From Vicinamibacteria bacterium (lineage in GTDB: Bacteria > Acidobacteriota > Vicinamibacteria > Fen-336): DNA of 64,000 nt. The stretch lies in assembly GCA_050246895.1 (NCBI GenBank), contig JBFWVE010000006.1, positions 251,770-315,769 of the forward strand, written 5' to 3'. Below the pieces are notes generated by a model that saw only the letters and a program-made list of their open reading frames with translations, made no database searches and had not been told where the DNA came from. Position numbers and translations under genes: made by a program. This document shows, in pieces, positions 6,649 through 16,662 of the stretch; positions within the stretch are counted from its first letter, which is position 1; the number at the start of each line of letters is the position of its first letter.

Positions 6649-7527
6649 ATGCGACCCGCGCTGATCGTCCACGGCGGCTGCGGCACGCCGCCGCCAGACG
6701 AGGAGCGTCCGCGCCAGCTCGCGACCGAGCGCGCCGCCGACGCCGGCTGGGCCCTGCTCTCGCAGGGGGGCAGCGCGCTCGACGCCGTCGAGGCGGCGGT
6801 GCGCCGGCTGGAGGACGAGGAGGTGCTGAACGCGGGCACCGGCGCCTATCTGCAGGCCGACGGCGTCGCCCGCCTCGACGCCAGCCTGATGGCCAGCGAC
6901 GGCCGCGCGGGCGCGGTGTTCCAGGCGCCCAACCTGAAGAACCCGATCCGGCTCGCCCGCTACCTGCTGGAGCAGGACGCGCACGTGGCGCTCTCGGGCC
7001 GCGAGGCGCTGGAGCTGGCGCTGCGCCTGGGCCACGATCCGGCCGTGCTGGCGACGCGGGCCAAGGCCGACTACTGGCGCGACCACCTGGATCAGGCGAG
7101 CCAGCGTCTCGACTACGAGGCGATGGGCCGCGTCTGGCGCGAAGGCAACCCGCGCCTGGGCACGGCCGGCTGCGTGGCGGTGGACCGCGACGGGCGGCTG
7201 GCCGCGGGCACGTCCACCGGCGGAACCGGCCACTGCTACCCGGGCCGCGTCGGCGACACGCCGATCATCGGCGCCGGCACCTACGCGATGCCGCGCGTCG
7301 CCGTCTCGCTGACGGGCGTCGGCGAGCGCATCATGGTGCTGCTGTCGGCCAAGCGCCTGTGCGACCTGGTGGCGGACGGCCGCCCGCTGATGCTCGCCGC
7401 GGAGGCGGTGATCTCGGAGGTCACCAAGACCCGCAGCTTCGCGGGCTTGATCGCGGTCGACCCGTCGGGCCAGCTGGTGGACCTGCGCAACACGCCGTCG
7501 ATGCCCGTGGCGCGGCGCAGCGCATGA
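6649..7527 (+). CDS. Isoaspartyl peptidase / L-asparaginase (Ntn hydrolase, plant-type asparaginase family)
   Basis: IVHGGCG...EVLNAGTGAYLQADG...GTAGCVAVDRDGRLAAGTSTGG (Thr nucleophile) ...TPIIGAGTYA. Confidence 0.85.
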   Translation: MRPALIVHGGCGTPPPDEERPRQLATERAADAGWALLSQGGSALDAVEAAVRRLEDEEVLNAGTGAYLQADGVARLDASLMASDGRAGAVFQAPNLKNPIRLARYLLEQDAHVALSGREALELALRLGHDPAVLATRAKADYWRDHLDQASQRLDYEAMGRVWREGNPRLGTAGCVAVDRDGRLAAGTSTGGTGHCYPGRVGDTPIIGAGTYAMPRVAVSLTGVGERIMVLLSAKRLCDLVADGRPLMLAAEAVISEVTKTRSFAGLIAVDPSGQLVDLRNTPSMPVARRSA

Positions 7528-8243
7528 GCATTCGGCGGCCGTTCGCCGCGCTGGGCCTGCTGGCGCTCGCGAGCGCGCCGTCCGCCTGCAGCTCGGAAGC
7601 ACCGCCCGCCGCGGCCCAGCACGCGACGGCCCGCCCCGAGCCGGCCGATCCGCAGGCTCGGCCGGCCGATCCGGAGGCGTTCATCGCGATGCTGGAGGAC
7701 CCGGCGCGCGACGCCTACCAGCGGCCCGACGAGGTGGTGGCGGCGCTCGCGCTGCGGCCGGGCGACGTGGTGGCCGACATCGGCTCGGGCTCCGGCTACT
7801 TCGCGCTGCGGCTCGCGCGCGCCGTGGGCGAGCAGGGCCGCGTGTACGCGGTCGACATCGACCCCGACCTGATCAAGCACCTGAACCGCCGCATCCGCGA
7901 CGCCGGCCTGCGCAACCTGCACACGGTGCTGGTGCCGCCCGACGACCCGCTGCTGCCCGACGCTTCGATCGACCTCTTCTTCATCTGCGACACCTGGCAC
8001 CACATTCCCGAACAGCCGCGCTACCTGGCCGGCCTGAAGCGCATGCTGAAGCCCGGCGGGCGGGTGGCGATGGTCGACTTCCACAAGCGCGCGCTGCCGG
8101 TGGGCCCGCCGCTCTCGCTGAAGATCTCGCGCGAGGAGCTGATCGCGCAGATGCGCCGGAACGGCTTCGTGCTGGCGAAGGAGCACGGCCTGCTGGCCTA
8201 CCAGTACTTCCTGGAGTTCGTGCCGGCGAAGCCTTCCCGTTAG
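7524..8243 (+). CDS. Class I SAM-dependent methyltransferase with an N-terminal signal/lipoprotein-like peptide
   Basis: From Met56 of the track ORF: MSIRRPFAALGLLALASAPSAC, followed by VVADIGSGSGYFALRLA...VYAVDIDPD...LKPGGRVAMVDF. The start overlaps the upstream stop (ATGA). Confidence 0.8.
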   Translation: MSIRRPFAALGLLALASAPSACSSEAPPAAAQHATARPEPADPQARPADPEAFIAMLEDPARDAYQRPDEVVAALALRPGDVVADIGSGSGYFALRLARAVGEQGRVYAVDIDPDLIKHLNRRIRDAGLRNLHTVLVPPDDPLLPDASIDLFFICDTWHHIPEQPRYLAGLKRMLKPGGRVAMVDFHKRALPVGPPLSLKISREELIAQMRRNGFVLAKEHGLLAYQYFLEFVPAKPSR

Positions 8244-10117
8244 GCGGGGCGGCGCCCGGCCCGGTACAGGAACAGGCACACCGCCAGCGCCAGCCCGAGC
8301 GCCAGCAGCTCGCCGGGCACGCCGGAGACGCGGGGATCGATCGAGCGCGGCGCGAGCTTGGACGCCACCAGCGCGGCCACCAGCACGCCGGCGAGCCCCT
8401 CCCCCGCCACCAGGCCGGAGGCGGCCAGGATGCCGGGATCGGCCTCTGCCTCGCGCCTGGGGCCGTCCCCGCACAGCGCGCGTACGCAGCCGCCGACGTA
8501 GAGCGGCGCCATCGTCGCGAGCGGCAGGTAGACGCCGATCGCGAACGCGAGCCCGGAGACGCCGCACAGGATGGCGCCGATCGAGAGCCCGCCGCCGGTC
8601 AGCACCAGGCCCCAGGGCAAAGCGCCCGCCAGCACGCCCTCGATGATCGTCTTCATCAGGGTCGCCTGCGGCGCGGGGATCTCCTTCGAGCCGAAGCCGT
8701 AGGCGTCGCCCAGCAGCAGCAACGTGGCGGCCACCGCCCAGCAGGCGAACGCGGCGCCGATCAATTGGCCGAGCTGCTGGCGCGCCGGCGTCGCGCCCAC
8801 CAGCCAGCCGGTCTTGAGGTCCTGCGAGATGTCGCCCGACTTCGAGGCGGCGATCGCGACGATGGTGCCGACGGTGAGCACCGCCGCCCGCGCGCCGGGG
8901 TCGGTCCAGCCGGCCGCCGCGAAGACCGAGGCGACGCCCAGCAGCGTCACCAGCGTGATGCCCGAGGTCGGCTGCGTCGACACCCCGACGATGCCCACGA
9001 TGCGCGCGGCCACCGCGACGAACAGCAGCCCGAAGAAGCCGACGCCCGCGGCGCACACCGCGCGCTGCAGCGGGCTCATGTCGCCGGCGAAGATGCCGGG
9101 CACGATGCCGGCGGTCAGCACCACGAACAGGATGCCGCCGACCACGAAGCCGCCCGGCAGGTCGCGCTCGGTGGCCGGCAGGGGGCCGGTCGCGACGCCC
9201 GTGCCCGCGCGCATGCCGCGCGCGACGGCCGTGAAGGCGCCGAGCATCGTCGGCAGGCCGCGGGCCACCGTGATGATCCCGGCCACCGCCACGGCGCCGG
9301 CGCCGACGTAGCGGATGTAGCGAGCCCAGATCGCCGCGGTGTTCATCTCCGACACCAGCCTCTGCGTCTCGGGGAACAGCGGCGCCGTCAGCCCGGCGCC
9401 GGCCCAGGTGATCAGCGGGATGATCGCGAGCGCCGACACCAGGGCGCCCGCGACGCAGACGGCGGACTGCCGGTAGCCCAGGATGAAGCCCACGCCGAGG
9501 AGAGCCGGCGCCACCTCGAGCGCGAGCTGCGCGTTCGGCAGCACCGGCAGCGCCAGCGAGATCTCGTTCGGCACCAGGAACGCGAGCGAGATCAGCAGCT
9601 TCACCGCGGCGCCCACGGCCATCCCGCGGAAGATCCACTCGGAGCCCGTGGCGCCCGCCGTCGTCGCGCGCAGCACTTCGGCGCAGGCGGTGCCCTCGGG
9701 ATACGGCAGCTCGTCGCGGGCGTCGACGATCAGCAGCCGGCGCAGCGGGATCATGGCCGAGAGCCCGAGAACGCCGCCCAGGAAGCAGAGCGCCACGACC
9801 TGCAGATAGGGCGGGGCCATGCCCCACAGGAACAGCGCCGGCAGCGTGAAGATGGCGCCGGTGGCGAGCGAGGTCGAGGCCGAGCCGATCGTCTGCGAGA
9901 GGTTGGCCTCGAGGATGCTGCCCTTCGCGCCGAACATGCGGAAGAGGGCGACCGTCATCACCGCCGCCGGGATCGACGCCGACACCGTCATGCCGACGCG
10001 CAGGCCGAGGTAGGCGTTGGCGGCGCCGAACACGATGCCGAGCCCGACCCCCGTGACGACGGCCTTCAGCGTGAACTCGGCGAGGCCGAAGGCGCGCGGG
10101 GGGACGGCCGCGGTCAC
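8240..10117 (-). CDS. OPT-family oligopeptide transporter
   Basis: The 626-aa polytopic protein reads VTAAVPPRAFGLAEFTLKAVVTGVGLGIVFGAANAYLGLRVGMTVSASIPAAVM.... The GTG start overlaps the M28 stop (GTGA). Track ORF 8240..12007 is a read-through artifact. Confidence 0.85.
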   Translation of the reverse strand: MTAAVPPRAFGLAEFTLKAVVTGVGLGIVFGAANAYLGLRVGMTVSASIPAAVMTVALFRMFGAKGSILEANLSQTIGSASTSLATGAIFTLPALFLWGMAPPYLQVVALCFLGGVLGLSAMIPLRRLLIVDARDELPYPEGTACAEVLRATTAGATGSEWIFRGMAVGAAVKLLISLAFLVPNEISLALPVLPNAQLALEVAPALLGVGFILGYRQSAVCVAGALVSALAIIPLITWAGAGLTAPLFPETQRLVSEMNTAAIWARYIRYVGAGAVAVAGIITVARGLPTMLGAFTAVARGMRAGTGVATGPLPATERDLPGGFVVGGILFVVLTAGIVPGIFAGDMSPLQRAVCAAGVGFFGLLFVAVAARIVGIVGVSTQPTSGITLVTLLGVASVFAAAGWTDPGARAAVLTVGTIVAIAASKSGDISQDLKTGWLVGATPARQQLGQLIGAAFACWAVAATLLLLGDAYGFGSKEIPAPQATLMKTIIEGVLAGALPWGLVLTGGGLSIGAILCGVSGLAFAIGVYLPLATMAPLYVGGCVRALCGDGPRREAEADPGILAASGLVAGEGLAGVLVAALVASKLAPRSIDPRVSGVPGELLALGLALAVCLFLYRAGRRPA

Positions 10118-12216
10118 TTGCCGCTCTTGAGCGTGAGCGCGCCGGCCTTCTGCGCCCGCTCCAGCAGGTCGGCCACGTCGGCGGGCGCGACGCTGCCGTA
10201 GTACCAGTCGCCCGCCGAGAGCGCCTCGGCGGCCACGGCCTCGTAGACCTCCCAGGCGTTGCGGCGGCCGTCGCAGAAGTTGAGCGCCTCGAAGCGCATC
10301 ATCGAGTGCAGTTTCGGCGTCGCCCCGAGCTTCTCGAGCGCGTCGTACCAGGCGCCGGGGCTGGTCGCGGGGGCGTAGACCTTCTGCGCCATCGCCCGCT
10401 CCTCCTTCGACAGGTCGAGGTTCGGGGGGTTCTTGCCCGTCAGCGACGTGTAGGCCCGCTCGAGCGTGTCGAGATCGGTGGCGAGCTGGTCCTCCAGACG
10501 CTGGCTCGCCCAGCCGGCGGTCTCCACGGCGCGGCCCTTCGGCGACAACCGGCGCAGCGTCGCGAGCCGCGCCGTCTCCTTGCGGTGGCTCTGCAGCACC
10601 AGGTTGCGCGCGGCGCGGAAGGCCGCGTCGCGCCCGGCCGCGGCGGCGCCGCCGAGGTGCGCGACCGCCGTCGCCACGTCGGCCGCGACCCGCGCGCGCG
10701 CCCGGCCCGCCGAGTAGGCGGAGAGCGCCGCCGCCTGCTCGTCGCCCAGCGCCGCGAAGTAGCCGGCCACCGCCGCCACCACCACCGCGTTGCGCTCGAG
10801 CTGGGTGGCGTCGATGTTCTCGAGGTCGTCGCCCGTCGAGTGGATGAACTCGTCCGGCCAGTTGGTCAGCGAGGTGCCGGGCACGCCGATGAAGGACGGC
10901 GTGAAGTCGTGGTGGTCGGTCGAGTCGAAGTAGGGGACCATCCGCGCGTGATAGGGCTCGCGCGAGCCCTTCACCGCCGTGATCTCGGCGAGGAACGGCT
11001 GCGGCTGGCCGGTGCCGCGGTTGTTCAGGTACGACGTGTTGCCGTCGCGCACCGCGCCCAGCACGCTCTCCATCACGTCGTCGAGCACGTGCGGCAGGCT
11101 CCAGGGCAGCAGCGAGCCGTACTGCACGCGCCCGCCCCAGCTCTGGCGCGCGCCGACCATGTCCTGGTTGATGTTGAGCAGCAGCTTGCGCGGCTCCTGC
11201 GGGTTCTCGCGGAAGAACTGCTTCTGGCTCGACAGCTCGTTCAGCCACCAGAAGCGGATGTCGCGCCGCGGCCGCGGCAGGCGGCCGTCCTCGATCATCC
11301 GGCTGAGCGCGCGGCCGATCTCGAGCAGGTTGCCGCAGCCGCTGCCGTCGTCGTTGGCCGAGGTCATCTCCTCCTGGATGTGGGCGGTCAGCACGATCTG
11401 CTGGTCGTGGATCTCGCTGCCGCGGATCCAGCCCTCCACCATGGCCTGCTCCGCGCTCTGGAACGACGACTCGATGTCCACCTTCGCGCGCAGCGGCTTG
11501 CCCGCCGCCAGCACGCGCTTCTGCAGGGCGCGGCCCCGGCGCGGGGAGAGCATGACCGCGAAGGAGCCGGGCGTGCCGTCCTTGACGCCGGCGACGCCCT
11601 TGGCCTCGTAGCCGATGCGGCCCCAGGCGACCTGGTCGGGCGCGTCGAAGTCCTCGGGCCGGTTGGTCTGGTACGAGAGCACGCCGAGAGCGCCGCGCTT
11701 CCAGACGGCCTCGGCGTGCACCGTGCCCGCGGAGCCGCTCGCGAGCACGACCTTCCCCTTGACGTCCTTGCCCTGGTAGTCGGCCTCGCGCGTGCCGCTG
11801 CCCACGTCCACCAGCTCGGCCGTGACGTGGGCGCTGCGGCTCATGTCGGCGATCGAGACCGCGACCGCGCCGTAGTCGGCCAGCTTCTCGTCGGGGTCGA
11901 GCAGCCACGCCTCGCCCGAAGCGCACGACCACCCCTTGCCGTCCCACTTCTGCCGGATCAGCCTGACGTCCTCGAGGCCAGCCTCCTTCGCCGCCTTGGC
12001 GATCCACTCGGCGGCCGCGAAGAAGTCCTTGCTGCCGCCGGTGCGGTGGTAGTGCGACAGCCAGCGCACGTTCTCGTAGGCGCGGTCACCCGAGATCTCG
12101 CTGACGAGGGCGCGGCGCAAGTCCTCGGGCAGGAAAGGCGACGACTGGGCGAAGGCGGGGAGCGTCGCGGCGGCCAGCAGAGCTGCGGCCGGCAGTAGGG
12201 CGTTCTTCAAGGCCAC
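10114..12216 (-). CDS. M28-family peptidase with PA domain and signal peptide, paralog 1
   Basis: The protein has MALKNALLPAAALLAAATLPAFA (signal), AHIQEEMTSANDDGSGCGNLLEIGRAL and INQDMVG zinc-ligand motifs. It is coupled to the downstream OPT transporter. Confidence 0.8.
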   Translation of the reverse strand: MALKNALLPAAALLAAATLPAFAQSSPFLPEDLRRALVSEISGDRAYENVRWLSHYHRTGGSKDFFAAAEWIAKAAKEAGLEDVRLIRQKWDGKGWSCASGEAWLLDPDEKLADYGAVAVSIADMSRSAHVTAELVDVGSGTREADYQGKDVKGKVVLASGSAGTVHAEAVWKRGALGVLSYQTNRPEDFDAPDQVAWGRIGYEAKGVAGVKDGTPGSFAVMLSPRRGRALQKRVLAAGKPLRAKVDIESSFQSAEQAMVEGWIRGSEIHDQQIVLTAHIQEEMTSANDDGSGCGNLLEIGRALSRMIEDGRLPRPRRDIRFWWLNELSSQKQFFRENPQEPRKLLLNINQDMVGARQSWGGRVQYGSLLPWSLPHVLDDVMESVLGAVRDGNTSYLNNRGTGQPQPFLAEITAVKGSREPYHARMVPYFDSTDHHDFTPSFIGVPGTSLTNWPDEFIHSTGDDLENIDATQLERNAVVVAAVAGYFAALGDEQAAALSAYSAGRARARVAADVATAVAHLGGAAAAGRDAAFRAARNLVLQSHRKETARLATLRRLSPKGRAVETAGWASQRLEDQLATDLDTLERAYTSLTGKNPPNLDLSKEERAMAQKVYAPATSPGAWYDALEKLGATPKLHSMMRFEALNFCDGRRNAWEVYEAVAAEALSAGDWYYGSVAPADVADLLERAQKAGALTLKSGK

Positions 12217-12273
12217 CTCCGGGGGGACGGAAAGCGAGCGGGCGGAGTATACGCGCCGCCGCCGGGCGCGGGT

Positions 12274-13314
12274 TCAGGCCTGCAGGCCGAGCCGGCGGCC
12301 TTCGCTCTCGAACTGCCGCAGCAGTTCCCTGCGCAGCCCCGTCTCGCCGAGGCCGAAGCGCAGGCCGTTCAGGTTCAGCTCCCAGAGCAGCGCCAGCGGC
12401 AGGCCGGCCTGCTCGTGCGCGAGCACGTACTCCCCCGCCAGATCGGTGCCGAAGAACGGCGGGTCGTCGGTGCTGAGCGTGCACGGCACGCCCGCCGCCA
12501 GCAGCTCGTGGATCGGGTGGCTGCGCGGGTCGCGGAACGGCGTCAGGCAGGCGTTGCTGGTGAGCGCCACGTCGCAGCAGACCTCGCGCTCGGCCAGCAG
12601 CCGCAGCACCGACGCGTCCTCGACCGCCCGCACGCCGTGCTGCACGCGCCGCGCCTTCAGGAAGGTGACGGCCTGCCGCACGTGCTCGGCGCCGCCCGTC
12701 TCGCCGGCGTGGCACACGGCGGGATAGCCCGCGTTGCGCGCGCGCTCGAAGAAGGGCGCCACCAGGGTGCGCGCGAAGCCGTCCTCGGGGCCGCCTAGGC
12801 CGATCGCCACCACCAGCGGGTTCGCGATCTCCTCCAGCAGGTCGGCGGTCCAGGGGCCGCTGTCGCCGTACGACTCCGAGGGGATGTCGAGGATCAGCCG
12901 CGTCGCCGGCCCGCCGGCGGCCTCGGCCTCGCGCAGCCGGCCGCTGACGATCTCGAGCGCGCGCCGGCCGCCGAAGCCGTAACGCTCGTGGTTGAAAGGG
13001 GTGAAGTGCGCCTCGACGTAGCGCACGTTCTGGCGCCGGCACTCGGCGACGTGGCTGTCGACCATCTCGAGGTAGTCGGCCTCGGTCTTGAGACACGAGC
13101 ACATCGCGAGCCACAGCGTCACGAAGCGGTCGAAGCTCTCGAAGTGGTAGAGCCGGCGCAAGCCCTCCAGGCTGTCCGCCGGCAGCGCCGAGCGGTTGCG
13201 CGCCGCCATGCGCCACAGCGTCTCGGGCGCGATCGTGCCCTCGAGGTGGAGGTGGACCTCGGTCTTCGGCATGCGCAGCAGCAGGTCCCTGGCAGCTTCC
13301 TGGTTCATGGGCAT
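12274..13314 (-). CDS. add: Adenosine deaminase
   Basis: MPKTEVHLHLEGTI...VCHAGE...SLSTDDPPFFG are the metal-dependent adenosine/AMP deaminase signatures. Confidence 0.8.
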   Translation of the reverse strand: MPMNQEAARDLLLRMPKTEVHLHLEGTIAPETLWRMAARNRSALPADSLEGLRRLYHFESFDRFVTLWLAMCSCLKTEADYLEMVDSHVAECRRQNVRYVEAHFTPFNHERYGFGGRRALEIVSGRLREAEAAGGPATRLILDIPSESYGDSGPWTADLLEEIANPLVVAIGLGGPEDGFARTLVAPFFERARNAGYPAVCHAGETGGAEHVRQAVTFLKARRVQHGVRAVEDASVLRLLAEREVCCDVALTSNACLTPFRDPRSHPIHELLAAGVPCTLSTDDPPFFGTDLAGEYVLAHEQAGLPLALLWELNLNGLRFGLGETGLRRELLRQFESEGRRLGLQA

Positions 13315-13346
13315 GGTGTCGGCGGTATCCTAACCAAGAGGTCGCG

Positions 13347-13937
13347 ATGCCGCTCTTCATGCTGTTGGGGGTGCTGATGGCCGGCGATCCGGGCGCCGAG
13401 CAGAAGGAGGCGGTCCGTCTCGCCGAGCAGGCGCTGTCCGAACGGCTCGGCGTCGGCGCGGCCGCGCTCAGCCTCGAGAGCACACAGGCCGTCGACTGGC
13501 CGGATGCGAGCCTGGGCTGCCCGGAGAAGGGCATGGTCTACGCCCAGGTCGTGACGCCCGGCTATGAGGTGGCCCTCGCGCACGCCGGCTCCTCGTATGC
13601 GGTGCACGTGGGCGCGGGCCGCGCCGTCGTCTGCGAAGCTCCGCGGCAGTCGCGCCGCCAGTCGGTCGAGACCGCGCGTGCCGCCGTTCAGGCGGGCGCC
13701 CGGGCGCGGAGCGAGCTGGCGCGCTCGCTGGGCATCGAGGCCTCGGCAATCCGGATCCTGCGCGTCCGGCCGGCCTCGGCGCCGCTCACCGAGGGTGAGC
13801 CCGAGTGCTCCGACCTCACTGCTGGCGGTGCAGCGGCGGACGCGCCGGCCTTCCGGGTCGACCTGGAGGCACAGGGCCGGCGCCACGTCTACTCGGTGGC
13901 CGGCGAGCGAGTCCGGGCCTGCGCGAGCCCGCGCTGA
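13347..13937 (+). CDS. Secreted hypothetical protein (signal peptide), convergent with the S8 protease and a possible inhibitor-like partner
   Basis: MPLFMLLGVLMAGDP signal, then ...DWPDASLGCPEKGMVYAQVVTPGYEVALAHAGSSYAVHVGAG. No confident family was assigned. Confidence 0.5.
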   Translation: MPLFMLLGVLMAGDPGAEQKEAVRLAEQALSERLGVGAAALSLESTQAVDWPDASLGCPEKGMVYAQVVTPGYEVALAHAGSSYAVHVGAGRAVVCEAPRQSRRQSVETARAAVQAGARARSELARSLGIEASAIRILRVRPASAPLTEGEPECSDLTAGGAAADAPAFRVDLEAQGRRHVYSVAGERVRACASPR

Positions 13938-13953
13938 GCGACGCGGGAGCGGC

Positions 13954-13975
13954 GGGGGCGCCCGAGGGCGCCCCC
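13954..13975. terminator. GC-rich perfect hairpin between convergent genes (candidate bidirectional terminator, no U-tract)
   Basis: GGGGGCGCCCgaGGGCGCCCCC has perfectly complementary 10-nt arms around a 2-nt centre (realistically a 9-bp stem with a 4-nt loop). Confidence 0.35.
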
Positions 13976-14001
13976 GCTCGCGGTTCTGCTCGGGCGACCG
14001 C

Positions 14002-16428
14002 TTAGGGATCGAGGCGCAACCGGGTCCCGTCGAGGCTGACCCGCAGCTCGAACTCGTCCTGCGCGGGGCGGTCGCACGTCCCGCCCTGGTGCCCATGCTT
14101 GCGGCCATGCTCGTCGACGTCGTGGACGGTGAAGCCCTGCACGAGCGCGGTCCAGGTGCCGGGCGCGGGCGAGGCGAGCACGACGCGCTCGGGCGAGGCG
14201 AGCGTCGCGCCGTCCGTGACGGCCGCTCCCGAAGGATCGATCAGCACGAGATCGAGGTCGTTCGTGGGATAGCGGCCCCAGTGCTCCTTCCAGGACAGCT
14301 CGACGACCGCCTGGCCTGTGCCGGCCGCCACCTCGAACTCGAAGGGCACCAGGTCGCCTTCCGCGACGCGGCCCCTGCCGGACGCGAATCCCTGCGAGGC
14401 GCGCACTCGATCGATGGTCAGGTTGGCCGAGATCGCCCCGGCGTTGGTCCAGTCGCCGAGCACCGTCACGCGGACGAGCCCGGTCTGGGGATCGTCGAGC
14501 GTGAAGGAGGTCGGCGCGGCGACGAACGCGTACTCCTGCTGGTCCGCGAAAGACGTCGGGGCGTCGACGATCGAGACCAGCAGGTCGTCGCCGAAGAACG
14601 CGTTCTGGTCTGCGGGCGCCAGATCCGGGGTGACGTCGTCGAGGCTGACGACGAGCTGATCCGTCTTCTCGTCGGCCTCCACGAAGAAGTGCGCCGCCTG
14701 GCCCGGCAGCAGGTCGCTGAGGGAGGTCGTGAAGCGGTCGTTGCGGAACGAGACGGCGCGGAAGCCGGCCTCGCGGATGTTCCGCTCCACGTCGCGGCTG
14801 GGCTCGTCGCGTCCGTGCGCGCCACGCCGGCCGTGACGGTGCCGTCCGTCGCGACAGCCGTCGTCGTCGAGCCGGCCGCTGACGTGCCCGGACTGCAGCA
14901 GCGCGAGCGCCGCGGGGATGTCGACGAAGCCCTCGCCCTGGTCGATCGCACCCGAGTCGTCCCCGAGCAGAGAGGCGTTGGCCGTACGGGCGAGCGCGTT
15001 GCGCACCTGGATGCCGGTCGACGTGGGCGAGGCCGCTCTCAGCAGCGCCGCGGCGCCGGCCACGGTGGGACCCGAGAAGGACGTGCCGGACGCGAGTGAG
15101 AGGCCGCCGTTCGCGGCCTGGGTGAAGCTCGCGTAGCCGTTGGCGACGAGGTCGGGGTCGATGCGCCCGTCAGCCGTCGGGCCGCGCGAGCTGAAGTCGG
15201 CCGTCTGGATGTGGTCGGAAGCGCGATACAGCGCGCCGACTCCCAGGCCGTACTGGACGTCGCGCAGGATGCGCTCGTGGGCCGCTGTCGAGGCGGCGCC
15301 GACCGTGAGGCTGCCGAGGCCGGTGCCGGGGCTGCCGCCGGTCATGGCGCTCGGGCCGTCATTGCCGGCCGAAACGACGAGCGTGATGCCGGCCTTCGCC
15401 ATCTCCTCCGTCAACTGGTCCTCGATGTCACGCCCGGCGTAGAGCGTCGGCCCGCCCAGGCTCATGTTCACGACGCGGATGTCGAGGGCGTCGTAGACGT
15501 AGGGGTCGTTCTCCGTGCCCGTGCCCGAGACCGGGCTCGCGGACCCGCCCGCGTCGAAGTTGCGCTTCAGCGTCAGGGCGCGGTCCATCGCCGCGATGAT
15601 GCGCGACTCGGGGGCCCCACCGCCCGAGGAGGCGAACACCTTGAGCGCGTAGAGGCTCGCCGAGGGAGCGGTGCCGACCATGGGGATGATCGAGCGCGTG
15701 GCCGAGCACGGAGCCACGTAGGGCACGGGGCACGGGATCGCGCTGCTCGGCGCGTGCGCCAGCACCGACTGCAGCAGGATGGAGGTGTTGTTGAAGACGA
15801 ACAGCCCGTGCGCGGCGATCATGGTGCCGGTCTGGGTTCCGTGCGAGCCGTTGAGGCGGCTGGTGGCCGACGCCACGGGATCGCCCGCGACGAAGTTCTC
15901 GCCGCCGATCACGCTGCCCGCGAGGGCCGGCACCACCGGCGCGTTGGCCGTGCCCGAATCGATCACGGCGACCACGACACCCGCCCCGGTCTGGCCGGCC
16001 GCGTGCAGCGTGGCGGCCCCGGTCAGGGCATTGTTGAAGCTGTAGTTGGCGGGCGCGCTCGCCAGCAGCTCGGCGCTGGCCGAAGCGTCGAGAACGAGGG
16101 TCTCGGCCCCCGGAAGCTCGGCCGCGAAGACGGCGGCTTCCTCGATCGGTCGCGGCGCGGCGACCACGACGTCCTTGGTCACGCCGTCGCTGCCGACCAG
16201 CGCGAGCAGCGCGCCCATGCCGCGGCTCGGCAGGCTGACCGCGAGCGCGTCGACGTTGTCGTACTTGTGGAGGACCTCGCCGCCGAGGCTGCGGATGGTG
16301 GCGACCATCTGGTCGTAGGGCTTGGGCGTCCGCACGATGAGCCGCTCGCGGTCGTCCGCCTGGGCCGAGCCGGCGGCGAGGCTCGCGAGCAGCATGCAGA
16401 GCGTCAGCGCTCTGACGGGGATTCTCAT
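14002..16428 (-). CDS. S8 subtilisin-family serine peptidase with an I9 propeptide and a long C-terminal extension
   Basis: From Met25 of the track ORF: MRIPVRALTLCMLLASLAAGSAQA. The catalytic motifs VVAVIDSGT (Asp), NGSHGTQTGTMIAA (His) and GTSFSGPTVAGAAALL (Ser) are present. An AAGGAG RBS precedes the start. Confidence 0.9.
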   Translation of the reverse strand: MRIPVRALTLCMLLASLAAGSAQADDRERLIVRTPKPYDQMVATIRSLGGEVLHKYDNVDALAVSLPSRGMGALLALVGSDGVTKDVVVAAPRPIEEAAVFAAELPGAETLVLDASASAELLASAPANYSFNNALTGAATLHAAGQTGAGVVVAVIDSGTANAPVVPALAGSVIGGENFVAGDPVASATSRLNGSHGTQTGTMIAAHGLFVFNNTSILLQSVLAHAPSSAIPCPVPYVAPCSATRSIIPMVGTAPSASLYALKVFASSGGGAPESRIIAAMDRALTLKRNFDAGGSASPVSGTGTENDPYVYDALDIRVVNMSLGGPTLYAGRDIEDQLTEEMAKAGITLVVSAGNDGPSAMTGGSPGTGLGSLTVGAASTAAHERILRDVQYGLGVGALYRASDHIQTADFSSRGPTADGRIDPDLVANGYASFTQAANGGLSLASGTSFSGPTVAGAAALLRAASPTSTGIQVRNALARTANASLLGDDSGAIDQGEGFVDIPAALALLQSGHVSGRLDDDGCRDGRHRHGRRGAHGRDEPSRDVERNIREAGFRAVSFRNDRFTTSLSDLLPGQAAHFFVEADEKTDQLVVSLDDVTPDLAPADQNAFFGDDLLVSIVDAPTSFADQQEYAFVAAPTSFTLDDPQTGLVRVTVLGDWTNAGAISANLTIDRVRASQGFASGRGRVAEGDLVPFEFEVAAGTGQAVVELSWKEHWGRYPTNDLDLVLIDPSGAAVTDGATLASPERVVLASPAPGTWTALVQGFTVHDVDEHGRKHGHQGGTCDRPAQDEFELRVSLDGTRLRLDP

Positions 16429-16662
16429 GTCACGCTCCTTGATAGGGGAGACTGGCGCGCTGCACGCGCAGGACGGCGCCCGGCGGGACTCGGCGTGCAT
16501 CGCGCATGACTACTTCGTATGCGATTGGTGCGCTAGTCTGTCGGCCGCGCGGCGTCGCTGTCAACGGTTTTCGCGAAGACCCGCGGCGGGTTGGACAGAA
16601 GCGGCCGGCCGGGAGCTGGCGGGCGGACTGAGGCGGAGGCGGGCGGGCCCGGCGAGCGCCCG

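Noticed and set aside
8240-12007. Single 1255-aa ORF spanning an OPT transporter and M28 peptidase
   Set aside because: It is a frame-continuity artifact. The M28 stop (10114-10116) and the OPT GTG start (10117) define two separate coupled genes, and the N-terminal 630 aa of the long ORF are nonsense.
12217-12273. Terminator hairpin after adenosine deaminase
   Set aside because: The stem (CGCGCC/GGCGCG) is short with a GC-only loop and no U-tract. It is indistinguishable from background GC-rich self-complementarity.
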